DNA of 62,927 nucleotides, filler included, from Octopus bimaculoides (Eukaryota), in NCBI RefSeq assembly GCF_001194135.2. It is 5 parts of 3 records of this genome, joined end to end, with 100 filler letters (N's around TTAATTAATTAA, not from the genome) between each part and the next. Parts side by side here need not be neighbours in the genome. Positions count along the whole stretch, not along the records: positions 45,350 to 51,215 come from NC_068983.1; positions 51,316 to 58,744 come from NC_068987.1; positions 58,845 to 62,927 come from NC_068987.1; 2 more parts are not named here. One strand, 5' to 3'. The notes under the pieces are model-generated. The model saw only the letters and a program-made list of their open reading frames with translations, made no database searches and had not been told where the DNA came from. Shown here in pieces: positions 49,630 to 62,790 of the stretch. How positions within the stretch are numbered: the stretch's first letter is position 1; every line of letters begins with the position of its first letter. Position numbers and translations under genes: made by a program.

Positions 49630-50300
49630 AAACGATTTCACAGTACATAATAAGAAGCAACGACTAATAGGTGTTGTGGTTGAAAGAGATTACTTCAATG
49701 ATTTGTAAAAGTTAAGAGAGTTTATTGCGGTTAAGGAAGTTGATGAAGTCGATTAGCTTTAAATCAGCCCTGATTGTTAGATATATTACATCTGAGATCA
49801 TCTCGGTATTTTCATAGGTACAATGCTTTAAAGCATACATGATCTAACGATCTCTATTTAGATAAATAACAATGAGGGTAGTGAGATTTCTCTTTTGTTC
49901 TTAGTGGATCCAGTGACCATGTGGATGTTTCATCATTGGATCGTCATAGTATTTGAAAGATGGAAATGATTTCGCAGTACTTAATTAGAAGCTACGAAGG
50001 AAATAAGTCATTATGATTGAGATTGCTGCAGTTGCAAAAGATTGATAAAAGTTAGGAGAGTTTATTGCAGTTATGAGAACTGTTGATGTTGACATGACAT
50101 GAGTCAGTCCTGGTTGTCAAACCGACCCGCTATTTCCTTCGGTAGAATGCATCCAATATCTAATGATCTCTTAATTCTTTAAGATATAGCGGGATATGAG
50201 TAAAATTCTTCTATCTTTAGCTGAAACAATGACCATGCAGCTGTTTCATTGTTGACTCATTCTTGATATTTAGCACCCCATTTCCAATGCCATTGAACCA
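49630..50300. repeat. Diverged tandem duplication, unit about 335 bp
   Basis: Collinear blocks GATTTC(A/G)CAGTAC, AAAAGTTA(A/G)GAGAGTTTATTGC(G/A)GTTA and A(G/A)TGACCATG..GTTTCAT at about 335-340 bp offset. Confidence 0.7.
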
Positions 50301-51049
50301 ATCCAGATCCTGTACATCAATGCGCAATCTAGTCATGAGCATACTGCTTTGTTTTATCGTGAACATTGTGTACTAAGGACTATTTTATTCATTGCGTCCT
50401 TTTCTAAGTCGGTATTAAGCGATCTAAGAGACATTTTACTGATGTTTAAACCGATCCAGCAGCTATATAGGGACCGTCCTTGCTGGCTCGAAGTTAAAAG
50501 CGTTGAAAATAGATGTGGAAGCTTATAGCACTTAACAGGAAGAAAATTAGCTTATTGATTTGTAATTTTTGGATTCAACTCTTCGGCATCATCCATTTGC
50601 GTATTCCATTTCAGACGTTCCTGTAGTTATAGTTATACTCCGTTTAATCACAAAAAATAACTTTTTTTCAATGCCAGAGAGAACAATTTTCGTGTTGTTT
50701 TGTTTAACTTCAGGTCAGCTCGGATATAGATTGACCCACAACAAAAGGCGTTGCGGTTATGACAATTCCGTCTATATTGTCCGACACCAAGCATGCAGAA
50801 CCAAATTATCCAAAGTGAACTGACTTCCTTCGACTAAGAGAGAAGCGTATGCTTGGAAGGAGACTCGGCTGCTATTTCTAGGAATTTGAGTGACTGCATG
50901 GGGGTTCTCCGTGATTTGAGTGGCTCATTGCCAGCGAAATGCATAAATTATCTGAATGGACAAAGCTGGAAGTGGTTACGTACGGTTAAAATAAGGCTAA
51001 GTATGGTTCTTCAAGTTTACATGTGAAAGCAAGTAGGCAAGAATATGTA

Positions 51050-51215
51050 CATATAGGAGTGGCTGTGTAAATAGAAGCTTGCTTCCCAATTACATGGTTC
51101 TGGGTTCAGTCTCACTGCGTGGCACCTTGGGCAAGTGTCTTCTACTATAGCCGCGGGCCGACCGAAGCCTTGTCAGTAGATTTGGTAGACAGAAACTGAA
51201 AGAAGCCCGTCGTAT
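51050..51215 (+). mobile_element. SINE family A head ending at an artificial spacer
   Basis: Canonical head to GAAGCCCGTCGTAT. Confidence 0.88.
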
Positions 51216-51324
51216 NNNNNNNNNNNNNNNNNNNNNNNNNNNNNNNNNNNNNNNNNNNNTTAATTAATTAANNNNNNNNNNNNNNNNNNNNNNNNNNNNN
51301 NNNNNNNNNNNNNNNATATATATA

Positions 51325-52400
51325 TTGTTGTATTTCGGGACGGTCATTTTTTGTCAAATAAGCACATGCACCATATATTTGTTCTTCACTCGTTTATTAC
51401 TGTTCTTATTACTTTTTAAAATTTTAACTCATGTCTATTGTCTGGAAATCTTCTATCATACATCGGACTGTTTAGTGCTATATGTGTAGCGTCTGAGATC
51501 CGTCTAAGTGTTGTGTCAGTTCTATGCATCGTTAATACTTTATCCTCTATACTATTAATCGAGACTGCATGTCTGCCTGAACATCTAAGTACAACACTCT
51601 TCTTTGAGCTCTCGCCAATGTTTACCTATAGACTCCTGGATGCTGCGTGCAGTCTTTCCAATGTAGGTGGTTGTCATGTTCATGCACCGTCCCTCAGTAC
51701 ATCGTAAGCTATACACTACATTCCTAACCTTACAGTTAACCCGTGTGCTCATCTTACATACAACTCAACTGTACTCCGTACAGGGGGCCTTATAACAGGG
51801 ATAGGTAGTTGTTAGCAACATTGGCTCAGCAGAGTGGTTTTCTCGGTGGTTTTCTTAGTCAGTAGTCATCTTATGATTCTACGTAGCCTATACAGTGCCG
51901 AGATGTTGTTGGTGACCTGGAAGTTGTTGGCCGTGCGCTTCTTTGCCCATGGAGTGCTTGACCACATCATCGTATGAGCATTGAGAATCTTATCTCTCTC
52001 CTCATGCTCCCGCATCGTTGTTTCCTTCATATTGGTGACGTGGGGTTTCATCGCATGATTGCAGTTCGCAGGCTGCCGACCGACATTCTGCCAGACCTGT
52101 CCGTGAGGGAGGCACAGAACGTCCCTATTTTGTGCGCTGTATTAGCTTGCGCAGGCGATCTCAGTATTTCTGGTCGAGTTTTTGTGCCTCTCTACTAATA
52201 AAATTTGTCAAAGTTTAGTACTGGTTATGGTGAAGCGTGCTTCTATTTCGTCAGTTGTTTATTGAGGGATGCAAACCCTTTTGTTGAAGGGTGGGTTTGT
52301 CAGATAAATACGGCTCATATCACATGGTTTAGCCCATGGATTGAAGAATAGGGCATGGAAAGTGTTGGTGTCAAGTATACCCGCTGTACTACTATGTACG
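51325..52400 (-). mobile_element. Decayed Penelope-like element 3' part (RT thumb, linker, GIY-YIG endonuclease)
   Basis: Minus strand NCKVRNVVYSLRC..C..TYIGKTARSIQE.IGKH (51650-51740); upstream KPT..Q..LHPS and FQVTNN..LYRLRRII; stops and frameshifts. Confidence 0.8.
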
Positions 52401-53065
52401 ATACCATTTCTCTGGTTACTATCTCCGTAGCTGTGTCTGTTGTTGTGGTGGTGGTAGTGGTGGTTGTGTTTCTATGTGTATTGTTTTTGTCAGTAATGTT
52501 TCTATTGGTTGTATATTTATATAGTTGTTTCTATTATTGTTGTTGTATTTGCTCGCAGCCTCATTATTGCCGTTATTCTTACTGTGAGCTGTTCTTGTTA
52601 CTGTTACTACCATCCCCACCATGAATCTTATGTTTATTATTTCCCCTTCTGCTGACCTTACGTTTGTTTTCATTATCTTCAATCCTTATGCAAGAAGTTA
52701 ACAGAAAATTTGAAAGATTTGAAATTTGAAAACATTATGAAATATATAAAAAGCGTTGTGAAAGTGAAGAATTGCTTGAACGTCGGATAAATGACTTGCT
52801 CTATTTTTTCTGGTGTCTTAAGTCCTGAAATCAAATTAGAGAATGTACTAGCCGTACTTTTCTATTCTCAGAGCTCAGTAAAATACAATATCACTTAACT
52901 ACTAGATCGAGTTCAGCGAAAGAGTATTAGATTTATTTTTAAAACCTGGTACGCATTACTTTTGTTCTCTCTTCCCGAACAGCTAATTTACGGCACTGAA
53001 TGTGAAGGAGTGGTGACAGACAAATAGATTGTTCATGTACACGCGCGCGCGAGCGGGCGCACACA

Positions 53066-53480
53066 CGCATATATGGGAACGAAGGTAGCCCATACATATG
53101 TCAACTTAGTCGTGGAATTTCATGAACTAAAGATCTACAGCCAATCCCTTCTCTTTGGAGACACATTCCATACGCAACTCAAAATTAATTGGAAGAGGTC
53201 CCTAGATGGTTGTCTTATATTATTGCAGGAAAACCTGGATATATTCACAAGATTAAAAATATACTGAGCAACCTAAACAACAAAAATACTGAGCAACATC
53301 CAATTTACAATGAAGTTTAACATCAAGGAACTTGCCTCACCAACAAGGATGGGAAAATAGAAACGGACATATTCTATAATGTGACGGATTCCAAACAATA
53401 CCTGCTATTAACATCATGCCATCCTACACGCACCAAACTGAATATTCTGTTTAACTTGGCAAAAAGAGCATTATACTAAT
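53066..53480 (+). pseudogene. Penelope-like reverse transcriptase fragment
   Basis: MGTKVAHTYVNL, NWKRSLDGCLI (YxDD-equivalent), KIETDIFYNVTDSKQYLLLTSCHP..NILFNLAKR. Confidence 0.82.
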
Positions 53481-53489
53481 GGAAGAACA

Positions 53490-54346
53490 CCTTTCGACTT
53501 GACACCAAAGATGTTCGTTTGTCTACTAACGCTGACTTAAGCCCGTCAAGCTGGTTTCTGTAGATCTCATTTGTTATTTGGTATAGGTTTAAAAGTTCAA
53601 AATGGACTAAACCTATCATACCCCTCCAAACAGATAACTACTCCTTACATGAGTGAAAACCTTCTTTAGACTGGGGAGCCAGTATTTCTTTTTCTACCCA
53701 CTGTCTTCGGCGTTTTACATTTTTATAGAGAACCCATATCACGTCACCAGTCAGTATTCGGTCCAAAAAAGGTTCATTCGTGAGACGTGGCAGAAAAGAA
53801 TAGTACACTTTCACTCTCTGTGCGCGATTGGACTAGGAAAGTTAGTGAAAAACCCATTGACCCAATTTGCTAATGTTTTCGATGATATGCAGGTGTCTAT
53901 GAAAGGTTAAATGACCAAATCCAAAGTTCTCTACTAGTTCTTCAACAGTTGCGATGAGATTTTGTTCCATCAGGTTTTACAGGACGTCTCCGTCGAGCTT
54001 TACAGATCTTCAAGGATGAGGATTGACTTCTAGGCTGTAGTTTCTGGTTCGGAATTTCTGGAACCATCGCTGGCTTACGCTTATTGTACGATCCTCATAT
54101 ACTGCATTAATACTTCTCGAATTTTCCGTTGAGTTGTTGCTTTATTGAACTCTTAAAGCAAAATATACTGAATATTCTCCTTTGTCACTTCCATTACGGC
54201 TTTGATATACTTGCACTAAATATAACGACAAGGTAAAATAACTACCTACTTTTATAGCCAGTTGATGCAGATAGTTTATCCCGTCCCCTCCGACTATTAG
54301 TTCATGCAATTGAAAAAACTGCATTATTTATGGGATAATCCAATAG
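53490..54346 (-). mobile_element. Decayed mariner transposon (5' TIR plus N-terminal part of the transposase)
   Basis: TA|TTGGATTATCCCATAAAATAATGC TIR; ATG at 54194; QRWFQKFR, GQWVFH*L (WVPHEL), RILTGDVIWVLYKNVKRRRQW, LSVWRGMIGLVHFELL; ends before HDNARPH. Confidence 0.9.
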
Positions 54347-54934
54347 GTCTGTGCCTTTTCCAACTTTATTTGCTTTTTAACTATAGTTTTTAATTTGTAT
54401 GGACTCCTAGCCACTTTTCACCTGTCTCTCTCTCTCTCTCTACACACGCACAGCTTTGCTATATGTATATATGTATATATATNNNNNNNNNNNNNNNNNN
54501 NNNNNNNNNNNNNNNNNNNNNNNNNNNNNNNNNNNNNNNNNNNNNNNNNNNNNNNNNNNNNNNNNNNNNNNNNNNNNNNNNNNNNNNNNNNNNNNNNNNN
54601 NNNNNNNNNNNNNNNNNNNNNNNNNNNNNNNNNNNNNNNNNNNNNNNNNNNNNNNNNNNNNNNNNNNNNNNNNNNNNNNNNNNNNNNNNNNNNNNNNNNN
54701 NNNNNNNNNNNNNNNNNNNNNNNNNNNNNNNNNNNNNNNNNNNNNNNNNNNNNNNGCTTTTAGCCCCAGGAGGACATCGTGCTACATATCATGATGAGAG
54801 GGATAACTTCCCTTGGCAAACAGGACACAGTAGTGTGTCGATAAGCCAGCTGGGGCTAAAATCAACAGTAACATCCACCCCTAGGGGTCAGCCACACTTA
54901 AGTGACAATATACTACACTATATATATATATATA

Positions 54935-55070
54935 GTGACAGGCTTCATTCAGTTTCTTTCTACCAAATATATTCACAAGACATTGATCGCCCCCACGCTA
55001 TAATAGAAGACGCTTGCCTAAGGTGCCACGTAGATGAACTGAAACCGGAACCATGTGGTTTGGAAACAAG
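54935..55070 (-). mobile_element. SINE family A head, diverged
   Basis: Reverse-complement match; a more decayed copy lies at about 55370-55650. Confidence 0.7.
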
Positions 55071-56334
55071 TTTCAAAAAAAGAAAAGCAAATTTTAAAGC
55101 AGTATAATGATCTAGATATGTTAAATTTATTGATTCTTCAAATTTCCGCAAAAGCAAACAAGTTTTAATTGTGATGGAATCACATCTCATTTATGACCAT
55201 ATGTCATCGACCATAAATAGAAATGTCAAAAGGCGGTATACAGCAACTATTTGTACAGAACTAATTATTCACCATTTGCTAAATACGATCAATTACGGTT
55301 TGATTAATTACTATTACTTTCTCACTTGTTCAAGCATTGGATTTAGGGCTTACTAGAGCACTGCTTTGATAGTTTAGTTGAACTAATAAACTCCAGTATT
55401 TTTTGTTTTTGAGTTTCTTATTTATTCTATTGTTCTTTTATGGCGAGTTGCTAAGATACAGAGACATATACAATCTAATACAGATTTCGGATATACACAT
55501 ACCCATATACATTTTTGTGTATACACTACAGGCTTCCATATAATTTCCGTGTACCGAATTTACTTAGAAGATATTAGTCTGCCTGATGCTCGCGTAGAAG
55601 ATTCATGCCTAACCTACCGACCAGTGGGACTTAACAATAAACTAAGTGGTTTCAGTACGAATTTCTTATTCACATAGGCATGTCTGCGCTCGAACTTTTA
55701 CTCTCGAATAATGTGGTTTATTGTGATATTACAAGATAACTCATAACGAATGACATCTCATTTCTTCTAGTCCTTACAATTACAATTATGAATAAAAGTA
55801 AGATACCACATGAATTTAAATAAAGATAAAGGAAGAAATATAGTGTGTAGGCAAAACTCTTTGACTTGCACTATGATTCGCAATCCTAGTTCTATCCGGC
55901 TGCGTGGTACTTTAGACAAACATCTACCATTGTGTAGAATTTATTGATAGTTTATTACTAATATATTATGTTCGTAAATGGAACCAACATGGTAATGCGA
56001 GTAACTTCAAAATAACAGCCAGCACATGCTATGTCTGCAAATTCTCAATGCTGCCTCACTCAGACCCAACAAATTAAGAACAACTGCGGTATGGTCAAGT
56101 TGTTGAACCATCACCACTCAGCTTGGGATATTTTCATAACATTGGAAACATTGAATGCTTTGAAAACACATAATGTGTTCAAACTGTTAACATCTCATGT
56201 AAATCAAGCTGCTGATTGAAATAGAGGGTTCCGTGTTTTAAGCATAATAACAGGGCAGCAATAATGAGAAAACCTACCAGGAATAAACGATTGCTTTTCA
56301 AAATACAAGCATACTATGAATAATAATAACCATT

Positions 56335-56460
56335 TCTAATTTAGGAACAATGCCTGAAATTTTGGGGGAGGTATACATTGATCACATCGATCCCAGTACT
56401 TGTCTGCTACTTAATCTATCGACCCCGAAAGGATGAAACGCAAAGTCGATGCAGGAGCAT
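56335..56460 (-). mobile_element. SINE family B 3' part
   Basis: GATCACATCGATCCCAGTAC..CTATCGACCCCGAAAGGATGAAA..AAAGTCGA. Confidence 0.7.
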
Positions 56461-56959
56461 CGCATCAGTTGAACGAACATTAGACGGTTAGTTTACAATT
56501 TTCGTGCCGGCTTACATAGCAAGATGGATATAAGAAAAAGAAAAAAAGAGAATAGGTAGCAATGAGATAACAATTAAACATAATATACCAAATACATAAA
56601 CACATAAATGAAGCTGTCCTCCTGATATCACATAATCTGAACAGGATCCAATCAGAGGTTCCTACCGTAGGACCAATTTCAGCACCTAGGGTAACAGGCT
56701 CTTGCCTCACTGTTAAGTTCTAATTTACAAGTACGTGCTGAGAATATGTACATTCACCGCAATCACTCGCCTTTTGATAATTTCGCTAGGTGACGAGAAG
56801 GCGGGTAAACACTTCCTTGTTCACATTTACTTTCCTTTCCACTTGGAATATGAACGAGTTACAGAGGTCTTGACCGAAAAGGAAAGTGTCAGTCCTCATT
56901 CTCTATTTCCATCCGCAGTGAATAAATGTCTTTGAAGCGGAAATTGCTTTTATGAACAA

Positions 56960-57220
56960 CTAGCTGAGGTACCCGGTAAAAAATTACCGTTAATAAAATG
57001 TCTGTTTATAGCCATGAAACATTTTTCATCAAATTTCGACATTCTTCAAAAATTTAAAATCTATATTAATGGGTAGGTCCAAAATTCTAAGTGCATATGT
57101 AACTGCATGGACATAAGCCCCATCACTCGTGTCAAGTTTCATCACTGTCTGTTGGATAATCTCGGAGGAATTAAAGTAACAAAATCACTAACACACAAAC
57201 TTTCCATTTATTTTTATAGA
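56960..57220 (-). mobile_element. Complete non-autonomous Helitron, 261 bp
   Basis: Minus strand A|TC start, subterminal hairpin CGGTAA-loop-TTACCG (56974-56989), CTAG|T end, no TSD. Confidence 0.85.
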
Positions 57221-57604
57221 TTGAGCTGAAGTCTATCAAAATAATGTAATCTGTAGTCCCTGAGCACATGGCCAATACAATTTTATCAATCAGAACGCTA
57301 GAACAAGACAAATTACGAGAAAAAAATGGGAAGGTCTTTGAAAAAAAGTGGTACTGTGAAACAAAAAACAGAAAAAGAAGGAAAAGGAAAATGAGAGCCA
57401 GTGTTATGTTGTCTTTGACCGCAAAGCCATAATAAAACTATTGTAGAATAGATCAACGTATAGATGTCGAAAGTCTGCAATAAACCTCCTCAATTCGAAT
57501 AGGGTGGTAGCTCGTAACTGTATACTGTGTACCTTAAATGATATTTATGTCTCAGGATTGATTACTTCTGCTTTTGATCCTACCATAACGGAGAAGTAAA
57601 TTAT

Positions 57605-57850
57605 GTGTGTGTGTGTGTGTGTGGGTGTGTGTGTGTGTGTACCTTTGTGCCTGTGTTTACTCCCCACCACCGTTTGACAAATGGTGTTAGTGTTTTTACG
57701 TTCCCGTAACGTAGCATTTCAGTAGGGGATACCGAATGAATAAGTACCAGACTTTAAAAAGTGCTGGGGTCTATTCGTTCAAATGAACTTCTTCAAGGCG
57801 TTGTCCCATGATGGTCATAGTCTAATGGCTGAAAAAAGTAAAAAGCTGAA
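57605..57850 (+). mobile_element. SINE family A 3' half, diverged
   Basis: (TG)n then CGTTTGACAAATGGTG..CCCGTAAC..TAAGTACCAG..CTGGGGTC. Confidence 0.7.
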
Positions 57851-57900
57851 AAGGTACCGAAACTCACACACAAGCACACACACACACAACACACATATAT

Positions 57901-57945
<45 letters not shown>

Positions 57946-58516
57946 CGTGTGTGTGTGTGTGTGTGTTTCTGTGTGTGCACGTGTGTATGCGACGACTCAT
58001 TGCGACTCTTATGCTTCACTTCATATGATAGTCCTGATGGTTACGCTGCTGATTTATACAAGAGTCCTGGTTTTCGTATTGAAGCTCTAATAAATATACC
58101 AGGATGTGCAATCAGCAAAATGTCAAAGACGTTTTTTTTCTTTTTCTCTTGCAGTGTAATTACTTCCTCCAGAAATTTCCCTACACTTAATAAATGAGTT
58201 AGAGTAAAATTTCCAGTTTCCGCATCTCTTGACTACATACCACCACCGCTACCAGCACCATAAATACCAATACTCTCGTCGTCGCCAACGCATCCTCCAC
58301 TGCAGTCCCACCTCCACTTGCACCACCACCACCACGGAAATCCTCTGACAAATTGGATGAAAAAGTAGGACGCGTGTGCTTTGGTATTGGAGGCCGGAAA
58401 TAATATGATATATTCACTCAGTAATCCAACACGGAAGTGCCTGTTTACTCTGATTCATGAAAGCATATTGGGGTCCCACGCACTCTCATATCTGACCCCA
58501 TAACCACATGCACACA

Positions 58517-58593
<77 letters not shown>

Positions 58594-58852
58594 CTTCTCA
58601 CGGACGTGCTGTCACATCGGCTGCGAAGGTAAACGTTTATTTGACCTTTTATTGTCCACATTTTGTTGGAACTTTTAAATAATTTTGTTGCGAAGCACCT
58701 AGGCTTCATTTGTGTGTATCTTCAAGGGCAGGAATTGGCCCCCANNNNNNNNNNNNNNNNNNNNNNNNNNNNNNNNNNNNNNNNNNNNTTAATTAATTAA
58801 NNNNNNNNNNNNNNNNNNNNNNNNNNNNNNNNNNNNNNNNNNNNATACATAT

Positions 58853-59236
58853 ACTCTTTTACTTATTTCAGTCATTTGACTGCGGCCATGCTGGAGCGCC
58901 GCCTTTAGTCGGGCAAATCGACCCCAGGACTTATTCTTTGTAAGCCTAGTACTTATTCTATCGGTCTCTTTTGCCGAACCGCTAAGTTACGGAAATGTAA
59001 ACACACCAGCATCGGTTGTCAAGCGATGTTGGGGAGACAAACACAGACACACAAACACACACACACACATATATATAAATACATATACATATATATGAGG
59101 GGCTTGTTTCAGTTTCCGTCTACCAAATCCACTCACAAGGCTTTGGTCGGTCCGAGGCTATAGCAGAAGACACTTGCCCAAGGTGTGATGTAGTGGGACT
59201 GAACCCGGAACCATATGGTTGGTAATCAAGCTACTT
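58853..59236 (-). mobile_element. SINE family A, full length
   Basis: Reverse complement very close to the 31038 and 43158 copies. Confidence 0.92.
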
Positions 59237-59417
59237 ATATACATATATATATATATGAAATTTTGATTTTAGTTCACCACCAAGGGCCCACGAACCAGAG
59301 GTTGGGAACCACCGCCTCACAACATTCTAGAAAACCTAATAGTTGTTATTCAGCATTTCTCCCAGTCTTTCTCCTACACTTTTTATTTCTAATATCTATA
59401 TTAGGTCTTGTAGATTT

Positions 59418-59924
59418 TGAGGTGGTGCTGAAACTGTCTTGACATCGGGTAAGAGAAAATACAGGAGGACTAGTTAGTTACGATTCCTTTTAACACATTA
59501 CCCTCTCAGAGTCACACACTTATTGCAGCAGTTCTTTTTCTAAGCTCTGTAAAAGAGTTCGGAATGTTAGGCGTCCGGGCTTTTCGCCATGCCCTTAAAA
59601 TCAGGAATTTCTCAGCATCCCCTCGTATGCATATATATATATATATATATATACATACACTCTTCCTCTCTCTCTCACTCACACACACAAGCACACACAC
59701 ATATACACACGAGGGAATGCTGAAAATCCCTCGCTCTGGTTAAAACGACATGCAGGAGGATCAGTTAATTATGACATTGTAAACAAATTCTCCTCTCAGA
59801 TCCGCACACTTATTGCAATAGCCATTCAGTTTTTCTAAGCCCTGTAAAAGAACACGGATGGCTGGGCCTTCAGCCAGGCCTTTAGTGACACTCTTAAAGC
59901 GAGGAACTTTTCAGCATCACATCG
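59418..59924. mobile_element. Two tandem mariner-type MITEs (59418-59625, 59710-59924)
   Basis: TIR-like GAGGGAATGCTGAAAA ... AGGAACTTTTCAGCATC(C/A)C(C/A)TCG|TA; shared internal CACACTTATTGCA..TTTTCTAAG; another right end at 41225-41256. Confidence 0.78.
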
Positions 59925-60559
59925 TATATGTTTATTTACTACGGTGTGTTCGAGTGAGTTTGCTCATGTGTTGCATTGCGCATGTGAGAAATCATGTGTA
60001 GTTTGTGTATATGTATGTGTGATGCATGTGAACGTGTGTGCATGTATGTATGTCAATTGACCTATTCTCGCAACTCAATATATTCTATTTTATTTTTTTG
60101 CATTTTCTCGCTATACAAAATAGTTTTAGTCTAGAAATTCCATACAGAACCGTTCATGTTCACATCAAACACATATACTCAATTGAATAGAGTATTTTGT
60201 CGAGCGAAATTCATTTCAGTTTTTACTTTCAATACCGTATTTTTCTCTCGACAAGACTGATTGGAAGAGAACAGATTAACGTAAAAAAAAAAAAGGTAAA
60301 AAAAAAAAAAGGACAAAAAGGGCAGCGAACAACTGACATTGATCTGTGCGAAGGCGAAAAATAGGTTACCGGATATAAACAGTATTGTCAGGTTAATATT
60401 GTTACATTCTATTCGTCATTTCTCGTTCGCATTCAGAAATATCGATATGATATTATAGCTCGGTCTAAACGGTGTATTTGACAAAGTTAGACCTACATAT
60501 ATGACGACACTGCACAATATTTCTAGCATATAATGGCTTCGATAATTTGATAATAGCAG

Positions 60560-60605
<46 letters not shown>

Positions 60606-62639
60606 TCACACACTGGCACGTACATACATGTATATATGTTTGCGTGTAAAGTTATAAACATACACACACACATGCATATGTTTATGTATCTCTGTATATA
60701 GCTGCATAAGAAAGAATCCTGTATGAAAGGTAGTTTATTTACTTAGTTCACTCTCTGCCGCTACTCCGAATTTTTCCTATGATTGCTCTCAACAAACCCG
60801 ATGTAACCATAAAGAGAAACTTATATGTACACATACACGTACATATGCATATGTATGTAGGTAAATACATACATACAGACAGACAGAAATACACGCTTAC
60901 ATACATTGACTGCCGTCTCGACTAACTGCATATTTCCATTTTTCCTTTTTCTTAGACTTGTTTAGAAAAGAAAGGATCCTCAAATAAATGTTTATCAGAA
61001 AGTATGCACTTTGTGATTTTTCTGTTATAATCGCGTACACTTTTTGGTGATAAATTTTATCTATTTAAAACGTGTGTAACTCTACGCTCTACACTCTCGC
61101 TAGACATGTTAGAAATAGCTGCCATGTTTGCATCTAACTACCCCATTTTCTCGTATTTAAAGGGGTAAGATTGGTTAATGTCATAAAAGAGACATTTTGT
61201 CTGAAAATAAGAGATTGGATGATGATTCCTAAAACACTATGTATAGGTTCGTTTGCTCACTACAAAGTTAGGATATGACAGTAAAAGCAACGAATTTTTG
61301 GCACTCTTAACTGAAAAAAAAGAAGAAAGAGAAAAGAACACAGCACTAATCTTAGTGCGTCTTCTGAAGTCTGAATTTCAAATAATAGAATTCTCTCATG
61401 AATATGAACTTTAAAATATGATCATTAATAAATAAAATCAAACATGTCATCTTACAACCTATTTTATTTGAAGATACAGACCATTCACTAGTTACCCTAT
61501 ATTATTGTATTCGATTTATTTTATCTGAACTCATCTATAGTCAATCTTACACTACTATCAAGTATTGAATTTTGAAATATTATTTGATGTTTATGATGGT
61601 ATAGAATTATACTCCCATCACGAAAAGAAGTGTGTGTTACTGTGTTGTTTTCAGTAAAGATACCTGTCGATAATTGATTTTTTTTTTTATCGATCTCACT
61701 CATTTTATATTTTTATAAAAATTTTAAAATGTAACATTTATAAAAAATAGTTATAAAAATAGTTTTGCTGCTAATGGTGATGCTGTTGTAGTTGAAGTGG
61801 TTATTGAATGTAGGTCAGCCTGTTTGAGTACATTTATGATGAAACACATTCCAACAGTGACCATCTCATTTTTGTGATGAAATGACATTAAAATCACTGC
61901 ATTATTCATTCTTAAAGTTAGCTGTGTGTAATATGAGAGAAAGTACGGTCTTATTTCTTGCTGTTTGAATGACCACCTACCTGGACCCTCATTACTTCAT
62001 AACAAAGAAATATGTGTGTTCTGAGATTATGTTGGGGGACTCTCCTTATCCAACAAAGATTTACAGGTTTGCACATCGCACTAACATAAAGCTACAAACC
62101 AGGGAATTCAATTGTCTTCAAGAAATAACCACCAAATCTGCCTAATTTTTTTCTTTTATTATACTGTGTTTAATAAGATAAATTGAACCTCTGAGTTTCG
62201 GACAGTCTACATTGTCTGTATTGTACAAACATTTCGATCAACTGGTTTTTATTAAAGGTATAAATCTTGTTGTTTCTTTTTCTTTACGTTTTGTACGTCC
62301 CATATAAGGAATCTTCTAATTGCGTAATTTCGGTGAGTCAAAGTATTTCAATTCATTGTATTGTATATACTAAGCCCTACAGTATATGTATGCAGTCTGC
62401 AAAATGCTGCCCTGTTATACTGTTGGCAGATATTTTTTGATGAGATGAGGAATTTGAACAAAGATCTGGTTGATCAGGGCCAAGCTGGTATTAAATAATG
62501 ATAACATCGTTAGGACTGGATGATCATAACGAGAAGACTTTTGGTTGTATATTACTTAATTCAAGACAGATTTGGCTAAAGAAGAAATACAATAGCAGTA
62601 ACAGCACTCACTTACACACTTATACACAAAGACACAACC

Positions 62640-62640
62640 A

Positions 62641-62711
<71 letters not shown>

Positions 62712-62790
62712 TTATCTGTCTGTCTCTCTCTCTCTCTCTGTCTATGTATGTATGTATGTATGTATCTATCTATCTATATATCTATCTATC
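62640..62790. repeat. (TATC)n/(TC)n/(TATG)n compound microsatellite
   Basis: Visible tandem units. Confidence 0.96.

Noticed and set aside
50615-50713. 99-nt symmetric phase-1 open segment between CAG and GTCAGC
   Set aside because: Weak donor, intron-like AT/T-rich composition and a peptide with no recognisable features.
60956-61001. 46-nt segment with strong acceptor and GTATGC donor (similar decoys at 26510-26574 and 52661-52683 on -)
   Set aside because: Not frame-symmetric and unsupported; such decoys are expected by chance in 60 kb of AT-rich DNA.
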